Below, piece after piece: positions 29,168 to 39,416 of a stretch of DNA of 64,000 nt. Source of the DNA: Candidatus Poribacteria bacterium (GTDB lineage: Bacteria > Poribacteria > WGA-4E > WGA-3G). Positions within the stretch are counted from its first letter, which is position 1, and each line of letters starts with the position of its first letter. The position numbers and the translations under genes are program-made. The stretch is taken from positions 832,001 through 896,000 of the forward strand of contig CAXXUA010000004.1 of the NCBI GenBank assembly GCA_963663765.2. Direction: 5' to 3'. The notes under the pieces are model-generated. The model searched no databases, had not been told where the DNA came from, and saw only the letters and a program-made list of their open reading frames with translations.

Positions 29168-30610
29168 TCAATAGACATACATATCGTAAGTTAACTTGTA
29201 ATCAGTACCATCTTCTCTGAATATATGTGCTGTTATCCTACGAAAACCCGGTGCACCACGCGTAAGCGTATGTTCCAACTCCGCGACAGTTGTTGTGACA
29301 TCAGCTGTGTCAGTTTCAATAACGGGTCCCTCAGTACTCGTATCACCTGCAGGACTAATTGACCATTGCACTGAAGTATACGGAGCATCGGTTACGACAC
29401 CCATATAAATCTTATTCCCACTATTTGCATAATAACTTGTACCATTAATGGGTCTTAATCCTTCAGGGGGTGTCACCACAAGGTCATAAGAGAGTTGCCT
29501 TGCTGACAAATCTGGATACCATACATAAGCCATAATCTTGTATATACCGGTCGTAGCATTAGCGGGGATAGTATAACGCAATGTTGCCTCAGTCAAGGTG
29601 CCAGTTCCAGGATCCCTTTGTACAAACGGGATTAGATGACCCGTATGATCAGGGTCCTTAACTTGCCAATGAATTGATTCGTAGGGAACACTACATGTAA
29701 CCTTTGACTCGTGTATAGTATCTACCGTAGTATAGTATTTCCCGTTCGTAGAGACGAATGTCCTTGTAGATGTATCTGCCATGTAGGTTGGGGTAGTGCT
29801 GCCATCAAGACTTCCAGATTCTTCTCCCCCATCACCATCAGTGCCACCATCACCATCAGTGCCACCATCACCATCAGTGCCACCATCACCATTGTCACCG
29901 TTGTTACCGCCATTACCGTTGTTAACATCAGTGCCACCACATTTAGAACAAGGTGTGTCAAGTTCGTCATCATCTGTTGTACAGTTGAAACAAGACCAAT
30001 CATCTGCTTCCTCATGTGGAAAATCATCTGCTTCGGCGTATGCCAAGTCTGCTGTATATGGGGGTTCGATGCTGTTTTCATAATAGTACCACAGATCGTC
30101 GCCTCCACTAATGCTTGCGGTAGCAGTACAATTCAATAAGTAGAGTGCTGGTGGTCTTAAGAGTGGTGAAGTTTGCTCATCTCCTCGCCATTCATCATTT
30201 TTTCGAAAATCTTTGTCAACTTTCCTCCGCCACTTTGCGCTACCTCCAGCTTCGGGTTCATACCTTGATTCTGTCCATGGATTTAGATCCACGTACCAAA
30301 AACCGTTATACTGATCGTTAGGAGCGACACCTTTGATGCGGCCATACGTCTTGAATTCAGTTCGGACGGGTTGAAACTCTTCTGCAAGATCCTTTTTGTT
30401 ATCCAGATCAACTTCAATATACGCCTCAGCATAAAGTCCAGGGTTATCTTCATCCAAGTCGTCAGGATTCCGCGTATCACCATCTGTTACTATTTTTCTA
30501 GCGAAATCTTGTTTTAAGTTTGCCTTCTTGTAGTCTGCTTGGAGTGAAGAAATGCCAAGAGTCAACAAGAGCACTGTTACGGAATATAGTCCAAATATAC
30601 GGTAAGTCAT
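29168..30610 (-). CDS. Secreted modular protein B (N-domain, CxxC..CxxC, Gly/Asp linker, two beta-rich repeats)
   Basis: Signal peptide ending LQA, CFNC...CSKC, (GDGGTD)x3, and two repeats PYxSxxW...G.(Y/R).I.A...L.YD..V. Confidence 0.8.
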   Translation of the reverse strand: MTYRIFGLYSVTVLLLTLGISSLQADYKKANLKQDFARKIVTDGDTRNPDDLDEDNPGLYAEAYIEVDLDNKKDLAEEFQPVRTEFKTYGRIKGVAPNDQYNGFWYVDLNPWTESRYEPEAGGSAKWRRKVDKDFRKNDEWRGDEQTSPLLRPPALYLLNCTATASISGGDDLWYYYENSIEPPYTADLAYAEADDFPHEEADDWSCFNCTTDDDELDTPCSKCGGTDVNNGNGGNNGDNGDGGTDGDGGTDGDGGTDGDGGEESGSLDGSTTPTYMADTSTRTFVSTNGKYYTTVDTIHESKVTCSVPYESIHWQVKDPDHTGHLIPFVQRDPGTGTLTEATLRYTIPANATTGIYKIMAYVWYPDLSARQLSYDLVVTPPEGLRPINGTSYYANSGNKIYMGVVTDAPYTSVQWSISPAGDTSTEGPVIETDTADVTTTVAELEHTLTRGAPGFRRITAHIFREDGTDYKLTYDMYVY

Positions 30611-30622
30611 GTTATTCCTCCT

Positions 30623-31339
30623 TTATGGGGGTGTGAGCCCCAAGAATGTGTATGGGTCAATCCCACCTTTTTCGTAATCTACCAGTTTAATATCAGAGGG
30701 AATATCTGACTCAAGCAAATCATCATCTTCACCCCTGTTAAATTTTGCTTCACGAATAGCAGCTAGTCGATCACCATCGTCTGGATGTCCAAGACTACCA
30801 GCTAAATATCGCCTGCTATAATCTGTTTCCCATTGAACATAGCGTATACCTTTGATAATTGGATATACCTTGCCGTTTTCCATAGAACCCCCTTCAACAT
30901 TTATACCTTGTGAGATGAGTTTTATCTCGACTCGTGCTATCAGTTCATGGTCAGGGTCTACGCAGTTTTTCCATATTCCCTCAGGAGTGCCTCGCCACCC
31001 TGGCGGTAAAGGTGGATAGGGGCCAAATCCGTGAGGTGAAACAGGTACTTCCTCATCCTTATTATTCAGCATATCTGCTGTTTGAGACCTGTTCTCTTCT
31101 ATATTCTCTGCAATATTATTGTTATGTACAGCTTCATCATTGACAGATTCAACCATTTTGGGTGTATCTGCTTCTTTCTGAGCTGCTTCCCATTGACGAC
31201 GCTTTTCAGCAGATTCATCTGCACTCTTTCTATAAGGCGCAAGTTCATGCTGAGACCAGAAAATGCCCCCAAATACAAAAACAATCAACACAACGCATGC
31301 AACAATAAACCACTTGTCAGTCAAAATTGAGCGTAGCAT
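30623..31339 (-). CDS. Membrane-anchored paralog A3 with a divergent C-terminal domain
   Basis: Same family as A4. Its TAA overlaps the AAGGAGG RBS of gene B. Confidence 0.85.
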   Translation of the reverse strand: MLRSILTDKWFIVACVVLIVFVFGGIFWSQHELAPYRKSADESAEKRRQWEAAQKEADTPKMVESVNDEAVHNNNIAENIEENRSQTADMLNNKDEEVPVSPHGFGPYPPLPPGWRGTPEGIWKNCVDPDHELIARVEIKLISQGINVEGGSMENGKVYPIIKGIRYVQWETDYSRRYLAGSLGHPDDGDRLAAIREAKFNRGEDDDLLESDIPSDIKLVDYEKGGIDPYTFLGLTPP

Positions 31340-31518
31340 AATATTTAGGTAACCTCCAATTCAAGTTTTTTAATGATATAGGACATACATTGTTTGAAAC
31401 AGAAAAAACTAAAATAATAAGGGTCTCCATACTATTTTTAAGAATATACAATATCCAAAATAAATTAAGTTAAAATTTCATTTTTTGATTAAATTCACAA
31501 AATTTATCCATTGTCCTT

Positions 31519-31706
31519 ATAATTCGTGCAAAAGCATACAATTTTGTATTACCTTCTATCGGTTATTTACCATCTTCTTCAATTTCACTGTCTACTACTC
31601 TTTTACCCGCGAATTTTTCTCCGATAGTTGTTTTCTTCCAATCCGCTTGAAGTGGCGTAACCATCAGTATTGTAAAAATAGATGCCCAAAGTATTCGTAA
31701 AGACAT
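31519..31706 (-). pseudogene. Truncated 5' stub of a B-family gene
   Basis: MSLRILWASIFTILMVTPLQADWKKTTIGEKFAGKRVVDSEIEEDGK* with TAA at 31563-31565. The remnant ends at the duplication junction. Confidence 0.75.
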
Positions 31707-31718
31707 TTGTTTCCTCCT

Positions 31719-32444
31719 TTATGGGGGTGTGAGCCCTAAAAACTTGTATGGATCAACGCCCCCATCTTCGTAAGTTATGAGTTTGATGTCTGGTGGGATG
31801 TCTGCCTCGGTTAGAGAGTCATCTTCACCTCTGTTAAACTTCGCTTCTCTGATTGCGTTCAGGCGAGTACCATCATCTGGATGACCTGTCTTTCCTGCAA
31901 TATATCTATATTCGCCCATCGGTGTATTTTCTGTTTCCCATCGAACATAGCAAATACCTTTAATAATTGGATATACCTTGCCATATTTCATACCAGCACC
32001 CTCCACGTCTATACCTTCCCAGCGTAGTTTTATCTGGACCCGTGCTATCAGTTCATGGTTAGCGGATAGGTTATTCCATGTTCTCTCAGGAGTGCCTCGC
32101 CATCCAGGTGGTAAAGGTGGATAGGGACCAAATCCAAAAGGAGAAACAGGCACATCCTCATCCTTATTATTCAGCATATCTGCTGTTTGAGACCTGTTCC
32201 CTTCTATATTCTCTGCAATATTATTGTTATGTATAGCTTCATCGTTGACAGATTCAACCATTTTGGAAGTATCTGCTTTTTTCTGAGCTGCTTCCAATTG
32301 ACGACGGTTTTCAGCAGATTCATCTGCCGCTTTTTTGTAAGGCGCAAGTTCATGCTGAGACCAGAAAATGCCCCCAAATACAAAAACAATCAACACAACG
32401 CAAGCACCAATAAACCACTTGTCGGTCAAAATTGTGCGTAGCAT
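31719..32444 (-). CDS. Membrane-anchored paralog A2
   Basis: 241 aa, same family. Confidence 0.85.
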   Translation of the reverse strand: MLRTILTDKWFIGACVVLIVFVFGGIFWSQHELAPYKKAADESAENRRQLEAAQKKADTSKMVESVNDEAIHNNNIAENIEGNRSQTADMLNNKDEDVPVSPFGFGPYPPLPPGWRGTPERTWNNLSANHELIARVQIKLRWEGIDVEGAGMKYGKVYPIIKGICYVRWETENTPMGEYRYIAGKTGHPDDGTRLNAIREAKFNRGEDDSLTEADIPPDIKLITYEDGGVDPYKFLGLTPP

Positions 32445-32596
32445 AATATTTAGGTAACCTCCAATTCAAGCAATTCAAGTTTTTAAATGACATAGGACAT
32501 ACATTTTTTGAAACAGAAAAAACTAAAATAATAAGTGTCTCCATACTATTTTTAAGAATATACAATATGCAAAAAATCAAGTTAAAATTTCATTTT

Positions 32597-32818
32597 TTAA
32601 GTAAATTCCCATAATTTATCCATTGTCCTTATAATTCGTGTAAAAGCATAAAATTTTGTATTACATTCTATCGTTTCATTACCATCTTCTTCAATTTCAC
32701 TGTCTACTACCCTTTTTCCAGCGAATTTTTCTCCGATAGTTGCTTTCTTCCAATCCGCTTGAAGTGGTGTAACCATCAGTATTGTAAAAAGAAATGTCCA
32801 AAGTATTCGTAAAAACAT
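32597..32818 (-). pseudogene. Truncated 5' stub of a B-family gene fused to the duplication junction
   Basis: LQADWKKATIGEKFAGKRVVD aligns with LQADYKKANLKQDFARKIVTD of B. The last 11 or so codons come from the duplicated 3' end of the ABC ATPase gene and its flank. Confidence 0.75.
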
Positions 32819-32831
32819 TTTGTATCCTCCT

Positions 32832-33557
32832 TTATGGGGGTGTGAGACCTAAAAACTTGTATGGATCAACGCCCCCATCTTCGTAAGTTATGAGTTTGAT
32901 GTCTGGTGGGATGTCTGCCTCGGTTAGAGAGTCATCTTCACCTCTATGGAACTTCGCTTCTCTGATAGCGTTCAGGCGAGTACCATCATCCGGATGTCCG
33001 GTACTTCCTGCAATATATTGATATTCGCCTGTCGGTGTATTTTCTGTTTCCCATCGAACATAGCGAGTACCTTTGATAATTGGGTATACCTTGCCATATT
33101 TCATAACTGTACCTCTTACGTCTATACCTTCCCAGCGTAGTTTTATCTGGACCCGTGCTATCAGTTCATGATTAGCAGATAAGTTATTCCATGTTCTCTC
33201 AGGGGTACCTCGCCACCCTGGTGGCAAAGGCGGATAGGGACCAAATCCAAAAGGAGAAACAGGCACTTCCCCATCCTTATTATCAAACATATCTGCTGTT
33301 TGATAATTGATACCTTCTTTATTCTTTGACACAGTATTGTCATCAACAACTTCATCATTGACAGATTCAACCATTTTGGAAGTATCTGCTTCTTTCTCAG
33401 CTGCTTCCAATTGACGATGCCTTTCAGCAGATTCATCTGCCGCTTTTTTGTAAGGCGCAAGTTCATGCTGAGACCAGAAAATGCCCCCAAATACAAAAAC
33501 AATCAACACAACGCAAGCACCAATAAACCACTTGTCGGTCAAAATTGAACGTAGCAT
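32832..33557 (-). CDS. Membrane-anchored paralog A1
   Basis: 241 aa, same family. Confidence 0.85.
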   Translation of the reverse strand: MLRSILTDKWFIGACVVLIVFVFGGIFWSQHELAPYKKAADESAERHRQLEAAEKEADTSKMVESVNDEVVDDNTVSKNKEGINYQTADMFDNKDGEVPVSPFGFGPYPPLPPGWRGTPERTWNNLSANHELIARVQIKLRWEGIDVRGTVMKYGKVYPIIKGTRYVRWETENTPTGEYQYIAGSTGHPDDGTRLNAIREAKFHRGEDDSLTEADIPPDIKLITYEDGGVDPYKFLGLTPP

Positions 33558-33596
33558 AATATTTAGGTAACCTCCAATTCAAGCAATTCAAGTTTT

Positions 33597-33733
33597 TATA
33601 GTAGATTTTAGAATTATTATTACACTTTCAGGTGTAGGAGGGAACTCCGATTCCCGACTATCAAGACGTTCAATCGCGATTCGGAGATCGCTCCTACAGA
33701 ACAAGTGTAAACTTAATTGTATATTTCACTATA
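33597..33733. mobile_element. MITE family F (TA target duplication) with a GTAG REP doublet
   Basis: TATAGTAGATTTTAGAATTA...TAATTGTATATTTCACTATA. The empty site is visible in the paralogous leader at about 32480-32490. Confidence 0.9.
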
Positions 33734-33864
33734 AATGACATAGGACATACATTTTTTGAAACAGAAAAAACTAAAATAATAAGGGTCTCCATACTATTTT
33801 TAAGAATATACAATATGCAAAACAATTAAGTTAAAATTTCATTTTTTTAATAAATTCCCATATT

Positions 33865-34908
33865 TTATCCATTGTCCTTAATTACAACCGCTTCAATTGG
33901 TTTCAAAACCACCTTGTCCCCGATTTGGAATTGCCGTTGAAAGTCAGTTTGTACAAAGTAATGTTTGCCACTCACCGCAACACGATATGTTAAATCATGT
34001 CCCTTGAATTCACGTGCAACGATGCTCCCTAATATTTTATTCATCGTATCGGAGGCATGCTTTTCAATGAGAATTTGTTCAGGACGAATTGAAAGCAGAA
34101 CATCAAGTGTATCAGGAAAATCTATCTCTAACGGACCGAATGGTGTATTAGCAACACCGTTTTTGATATCTGTTTCAATTATGTTGGTTTTACCCAAGAA
34201 ATTCGCGACATAAACAGTCTTCGGTTGTCGGTAGACATCTTCAGGAGTGCCAATCTGTTCTATTCTTCCACTGTTCATCACGGCAACCCGTTCAGCAAAA
34301 CTCAACGCCTCTTCTTGGTCGTGAGTCACCAGAATTACACTGATACCATAAGTCTTTAACACATCACGTACCTCTTCTCTTGTAGCTTCACGAAGTCCAG
34401 TATCAAGACTTGAAAAGGGTTCATCCAACAAAAGCAGCTTCGGTTGTGTCGCAAGCGAGCGTGCTAAAGCAACCCGTTGCTGTTCACCACCAGACAGATG
34501 ATGTGGCATCCGTTCATGTAGATGTGCAATCCCGACTCTTTCAAGGGTTTCCAATGCTGATGTGTGTCGTTCCTTTTTCGGTAGTTTACGGCTTAATCCG
34601 AATGCTGCATTATTCAAAACGTTCTTATCAGGAAAAAGCGCGTAATCTTGAAAAACAAATCCTATCCCACGCGATTCTGGCGGAACGTGCTTTTTCGCAT
34701 CAGCAAGGATACGGTCACCCATTGAGATTGATCCCGATTCTACCGTTTCAAATCCCGCAATTAATCGCAACGTAGTTGTTTTCCCGCATCCACTTGCACC
34801 AATAAGCGCGAAGATTTCTTCCGGAAAGACTTCAAAACTAACATCCGATACAACCGGCGTCGATGCAAATTGTTTCGTTATTGAGTTGACAGTGAGTAGG
34901 GGTGTCAT
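33865..34908 (-). CDS. ABC transporter ATP-binding protein (Fe3+/polyamine FbpC/PotA type, C-terminal TOBE-like)
   Basis: GASGCGKTT, FQDYALFP, LSGGEQQRVALAR and LLDEPFS. Confidence 0.9.
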   Translation of the reverse strand: MTPLLTVNSITKQFASTPVVSDVSFEVFPEEIFALIGASGCGKTTTLRLIAGFETVESGSISMGDRILADAKKHVPPESRGIGFVFQDYALFPDKNVLNNAAFGLSRKLPKKERHTSALETLERVGIAHLHERMPHHLSGGEQQRVALARSLATQPKLLLLDEPFSSLDTGLREATREEVRDVLKTYGISVILVTHDQEEALSFAERVAVMNSGRIEQIGTPEDVYRQPKTVYVANFLGKTNIIETDIKNGVANTPFGPLEIDFPDTLDVLLSIRPEQILIEKHASDTMNKILGSIVAREFKGHDLTYRVAVSGKHYFVQTDFQRQFQIGDKVVLKPIEAVVIKDNG

Positions 34909-34935
34909 AGTGTATATTATAACGTACTTCTCGAC

Positions 34936-36867
34936 CTAAAGGGTATGTCCTGCCCCTGAAGATGGCATGTATAAATTCATCACAAAACTAATGATACTCA
35001 ATATACTTCGCGGCACGAAATCACCCAAAACCAATCCCAGAAAAAATGGGATAGCTTTACGATAGGTTTGCCAACCAGAGAACCTCAGGATCATAAATTT
35101 AACAAACCAACTCACCATAACAGGAAACCAAAAGTAGATAAGTCCTCCCCACGATGCCCCAGATAGCACATACCCAGAGGGATGTAAAGTCCACCACAAT
35201 AGTCGTGTCCGCAAAATGTTGAGTAGAAACACAAAACCGAAACCTGCCCCCATAAAGAAAACAGAACTGGTATTTGCTTCTCTCGGATGTTGCAACCATC
35301 GCTGCAGGGGGTTAAAACTCTCCCAACCAAAGTGCCCCACATGCCCTTGACATCTTGCAAGCACACCGTAGTGATAAGCCACATGCAGGTATGTCCAAAA
35401 AGTCGCAATTGCACCAACACCTATCGCCAACACCATGCAAATAAGCAACGTTTTGCCAGGTATACGTGCCTGATCTCCAATCCGCAACGATTCAATCTGG
35501 TTCGGCATCGGATGGGAACGATTACATCGGTTGAACGCATACAGAAATGTCATTACAGTAAGGTTTGCTGCCCCCAAAGTGCGTGTACCAAACGTATTTA
35601 CCATGATTTGCCGTGGGCTTATGCCAATTACTTCGTGGTAAGGTGGTCCCAATTCCGCACGCACGCGTCCAATAGCCAAAGCAAATGCCACAAATAATAG
35701 GTAAAACACACCAATTACCCATAAGGACATCCCAGCAAAATAGCAGAACAAGAATACCGCACCAACGCTTAGCATCGCAAGAACGGCAGTCGTTCTATAA
35801 GATATAGGTTCAGTGCTATCATCACCACGTTCCAATCCTACCACATGCCTGAAAAAACGGACGATGTGTCTACGTCCCATCCACAGTGTCAACACAGCAA
35901 TACCGATCCAGGCTCCTGATGCCCGATCATTTAGGTGAAGAGTACCTATATTATTTACACCAAGCGCACTCGCAATTACTCTCTCCGCACGTGTAAGCCA
36001 AAAGAAAAACCATGTTGAGAATGACAGATCAAGTGGCATGAAATAGGTCAATCCAACAATAGCAAGGTTGAAGGACATAGAAACATAACCCACTGCACTC
36101 CAAGGTCTATCTGTCAGAAGTCTATCAAGTCGGTAACTGGATGGAAATGCTGGGAAAACAGGAAATAAATCATGCAAACCTGCAATGACTCGCACCAGTG
36201 CAGCGATACCAATACCAATCCATAGTGCCCGAGATTTGAAAAAACTGCGGTTTGTCGTCATCTGCAAAGGTAATTGCGTGAGAGGAAAACTCAACTTTTC
36301 GCGCTCCATCCACTGTTTGCGTAAAAGTAATCCCAAACAGAGCAACGAACCATATAAGAGTAGAATAAATCCCGACCAAATAAGTGCAGGTCTCAACCAT
36401 ACACGCAGATGTTCAGAAAGATAAAGACTTGACTCCCCTTCATAATAACCTGTCAACCATTCAGGATCATGCACTGTCAACCATTGTGGAATATGATGCA
36501 AAAAGAGTTGTGACCACTCATTTTCTCCTGTTGCAAACCAGAAGGGATGCGCCAATGTTCCCATCAGAATAGCCATCATCGCATGACCGGAAATGGTGGA
36601 AACCATTGTCACCATAATATAGATTAACAATAGTTCGGCGGGAGTGAAAGCAATGTTGGGGGAGATTCTACGAAGGACAAAATTGAGTGCAAGCAGCACT
36701 ACCAAAGTAAAAACTGCATTGGAAAAAGGGGATACAAGCGTGTAGACTGCATACCAGAGTTCACTTGCAATGCCAACCCAATATGCATTAACGATGACAA
36801 GGAGAAGACCAACAATTATCGCTTTTTTGGTGATAACCTCGGTAGGGTTCGAGGAGGGTTGATTCAT
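34936..36867 (-). CDS. Polytopic membrane protein, probably a DUF6785/DUF6784-type transporter
   Basis: Many TM segments, RKQWMEREKLSFPL, RVRAELG and PFFLGLVLGD. The family name is from memory. Confidence 0.65.
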   Translation of the reverse strand: MNQPSSNPTEVITKKAIIVGLLLVIVNAYWVGIASELWYAVYTLVSPFSNAVFTLVVLLALNFVLRRISPNIAFTPAELLLIYIMVTMVSTISGHAMMAILMGTLAHPFWFATGENEWSQLFLHHIPQWLTVHDPEWLTGYYEGESSLYLSEHLRVWLRPALIWSGFILLLYGSLLCLGLLLRKQWMEREKLSFPLTQLPLQMTTNRSFFKSRALWIGIGIAALVRVIAGLHDLFPVFPAFPSSYRLDRLLTDRPWSAVGYVSMSFNLAIVGLTYFMPLDLSFSTWFFFWLTRAERVIASALGVNNIGTLHLNDRASGAWIGIAVLTLWMGRRHIVRFFRHVVGLERGDDSTEPISYRTTAVLAMLSVGAVFLFCYFAGMSLWVIGVFYLLFVAFALAIGRVRAELGPPYHEVIGISPRQIMVNTFGTRTLGAANLTVMTFLYAFNRCNRSHPMPNQIESLRIGDQARIPGKTLLICMVLAIGVGAIATFWTYLHVAYHYGVLARCQGHVGHFGWESFNPLQRWLQHPREANTSSVFFMGAGFGFVFLLNILRTRLLWWTLHPSGYVLSGASWGGLIYFWFPVMVSWFVKFMILRFSGWQTYRKAIPFFLGLVLGDFVPRSILSIISFVMNLYMPSSGAGHTL

Positions 36868-37125
36868 TTATCTGTTGGTTTTTTTCATTAATCGCAAATT
36901 ATACTAAAGTTTGGACAGTTTTAAGATTTTTTGGGACTAATCGTAGAAAAGAGGTTATCCTTTCAGAAATACAAAATACCTTGAAAAAATATTACAATTA
37001 AACCTATTTCCCACATAGATGCAATGTTATCAAATTATCAACCGGTTTGCAAGTTTAATCAGGGTTATTAAGGGTTATTTAGTTTTCAATGTATTGAGTA
37101 AATTCTATCAGAGTCGTTAATCCTT

Positions 37126-37305
37126 CAGGACTTACGCATCCAACGGTAGGCGGGGAATGCCTAAATGGCATTCATACCCGGGGAATGCCAAAAGGTATTC
37201 ATACCGTTGATTTCTTGATTTTGCGCTGGAAACTTAAAAAACGCTGAAAATTACATCATTTTCATCACAATTCTTGATTAATTCATGAAAACTGCGTAAG
37301 TCCTG
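37126..37305. mobile_element. MITE family D copy 2, with its REP invaded by Y+Z micro-inserts (37152-37222)
   Basis: TIR CAGGACTTACGCA/TGCGTAAGTCCTG. The body aligns with 17988-18108. Confidence 0.85.
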
Positions 37306-37326
37306 ATCATGAGAATGTTTATATCT

Positions 37327-37483
37327 TATACCAATTCAAATAAATCTTGTCTCATTAAGGAATTCTACTGTTTACTGGCAGGGGGTTACTCTCTTCGGTA
37401 GGAGCGCCCTCACGGTCGCGACCGGGAGGGCGCTCCTACCAGATTTCCGCTGCTAATGAGACATCATCACATGAAAATGGTAT
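37327..37483. mobile_element. MITE family A copy 2
   Basis: Near-identical to 1143-1298. The REP doublet shows a paired change (GAGCGCCCTC/GAGGGCGCTC). Confidence 0.85.
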
Positions 37484-37528
37484 TAGCTGGCGATGAAATT
37501 GACAGAAGCAAAGATGGAAAATACTCCA

Positions 37529-38497
37529 TTAAAACCCAAGCTGCTTATCCACAACATTCACCAATTCTTCACCCTTGAGATACCGTTCAAGATTATCTAA
37601 GAAGAACTCGGTGATACGCCGCATACGGTGCTGCGAACCACCCGCCGCGTGGGGTGTAATAATAACATTATCCATATCCCACAACGGGCTTTCTTTATCT
37701 AACGGTTCAATCTCTGTTACGTCTAATCCCGCACCACCAATTTTACCTGCTTGTAAGATTTCTATAAGGTCTGCTTCGTTAACAATCGGACCCCTGGCGA
37801 CATTGATGAGATAAGCAGTCGATTGCATGACTGACAAGTTATCAAAATTTATCAATCCGCGAGTCTCCTCAGTTAACGGACAAGCGATCATCACAACATC
37901 TACGCGACTCATCATGTCTTTGAGTTTGTCCATCGGTAAGAGTTCGTCCACATTTTCCGGTTTTTCAGTGCGGTAAGCATCTACAGCGATAACATGCATA
38001 TCAAATCCTCTTGCGCGTTTCACCATCTGCATACCTATACCGCCTAACCCGACAATACCGATTTTAAATCCATCAATCTCAATCATGGGTGATTTACTTC
38101 CACCCCATTTGTGGTTATCCTGATTACGAACAAAATGGTGTATACCGCGGGTTAAACCGAGGAGAAGTGCAAACGCTTGGTCAGCAACGTGTGTACCGTA
38201 AAGTCCAGCAGCGTTAGTCAAAATCACATCACTCTCGCGCATATTCGGATACATGTGTTTGTCCATACCAGCACTTGACGCTTGAACCCATTTCACATTG
38301 GATAGGTGTGGAAAAATGTCTTCGCTACAAAAACCAAAGAAAATATCAGTATCTTCGCATTCCAATACCAACTCTTCACGTGAAATTGGCAGAACGTAGG
38401 TATGTTTATCTCCAATAATATCTTCTAACCGCTTTAACTGTTCACCTTCAACTTTATGTTGTAATAATATCTTCATGTAAATCCTTTCGTTAGACAA
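37529..38497 (-). CDS. D-2-hydroxyacid dehydrogenase family protein
   Basis: GIVGLGGIG, INVARG, LDVTEIEPL and ITPHAAG. Confidence 0.9.
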   Translation of the reverse strand: MSNERIYMKILLQHKVEGEQLKRLEDIIGDKHTYVLPISREELVLECEDTDIFFGFCSEDIFPHLSNVKWVQASSAGMDKHMYPNMRESDVILTNAAGLYGTHVADQAFALLLGLTRGIHHFVRNQDNHKWGGSKSPMIEIDGFKIGIVGLGGIGMQMVKRARGFDMHVIAVDAYRTEKPENVDELLPMDKLKDMMSRVDVVMIACPLTEETRGLINFDNLSVMQSTAYLINVARGPIVNEADLIEILQAGKIGGAGLDVTEIEPLDKESPLWDMDNVIITPHAAGGSQHRMRRITEFFLDNLERYLKGEELVNVVDKQLGF

Positions 38498-38510
38498 ATT
38501 CTGTTACGCC

Positions 38511-39404
38511 TTACCACGTGGGTGTGTCTGGTAGCAATTCTTGGTATTTTCTTAACAATTCGTCTGCATAACTGCCTGCATATTGCTCACTGAAAAACCT
38601 GTCTATGCCTTCGTCAAGGAAGTGTGCCCATGAAATGTCTTCAGCACCGGGATTGACAGGAAAGAAGAGTGCGTCTACGCTTCGTCCCGCTTTTAGGTCA
38701 CCTGGAGAATCACCAATCATTAAGACACGGTTTTCGGCATATTTGTCCTTTGTTGTGATAGTAAGATGTTCGGTTTTTGTTCCCATCTCCTGTCCAGCAA
38801 TTAGTGCTACATATTGTTCAATTTCGTGTTCATCCCATTCCCGTTTGAGTGCTTCGTCTGGTGTGGCTGAAACGACAATGACATCTGCTTTTCCCTGTAA
38901 ACGTTGCAGTGCTTCACGTACTCCAGGAAACGGAGGAAGATTGTAGACTATCTCCGCAACGCTTTCGTTCACGTCAAGACTCCATTGCATCACTTGACTT
39001 AACTCATCATGTCTTTCTTCAGAAGCGTTGTCAATTGCATCTTGAAGCGCAGGATTACCAAGTTTTGTTTCTGTTTCTACCCATTCTCGCAGATGAGAAA
39101 GTTCTGGTATTTCTAAACCCCTCTTCTGCACAAGGGACATTTCACGCAAGTAATCAAAAACGAGTAGAACTGCTTTAAATCGGTTTGTGCCGCGCATCGT
39201 GGAATAGAGATTGACAAAATCCCATGCTTGATGTACCTGCCGTGAAATTGCTGCCAATCCAAAATGTTTGACAACGTTGACGCTGAAGCAATCGTTGTGT
39301 TTGACCTCCATGCTATTGAAAACGCATCCGTCAGAATCGATGCCAACAAAAAAATCGTGTTGAGGTTTAAAGTCATATAATTCTTGTTGTGGATCTTGTG
39401 CCAT
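38511..39404 (-). CDS. HAD-superfamily hydrolase
   Basis: GIDSDGC, VVS and MIGDSPGD. Confidence 0.85.
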   Translation of the reverse strand: MAQDPQQELYDFKPQHDFFVGIDSDGCVFNSMEVKHNDCFSVNVVKHFGLAAISRQVHQAWDFVNLYSTMRGTNRFKAVLLVFDYLREMSLVQKRGLEIPELSHLREWVETETKLGNPALQDAIDNASEERHDELSQVMQWSLDVNESVAEIVYNLPPFPGVREALQRLQGKADVIVVSATPDEALKREWDEHEIEQYVALIAGQEMGTKTEHLTITTKDKYAENRVLMIGDSPGDLKAGRSVDALFFPVNPGAEDISWAHFLDEGIDRFFSEQYAGSYADELLRKYQELLPDTPTW

Positions 39405-39416
39405 ATATTCTCCTTT

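Noticed and set aside
28375-33557. Diversity-generating retroelement acting on the A paralogs
   Set aside because: No reverse transcriptase is in the window, and the differences I inspected are block-like and not confined to adenines.
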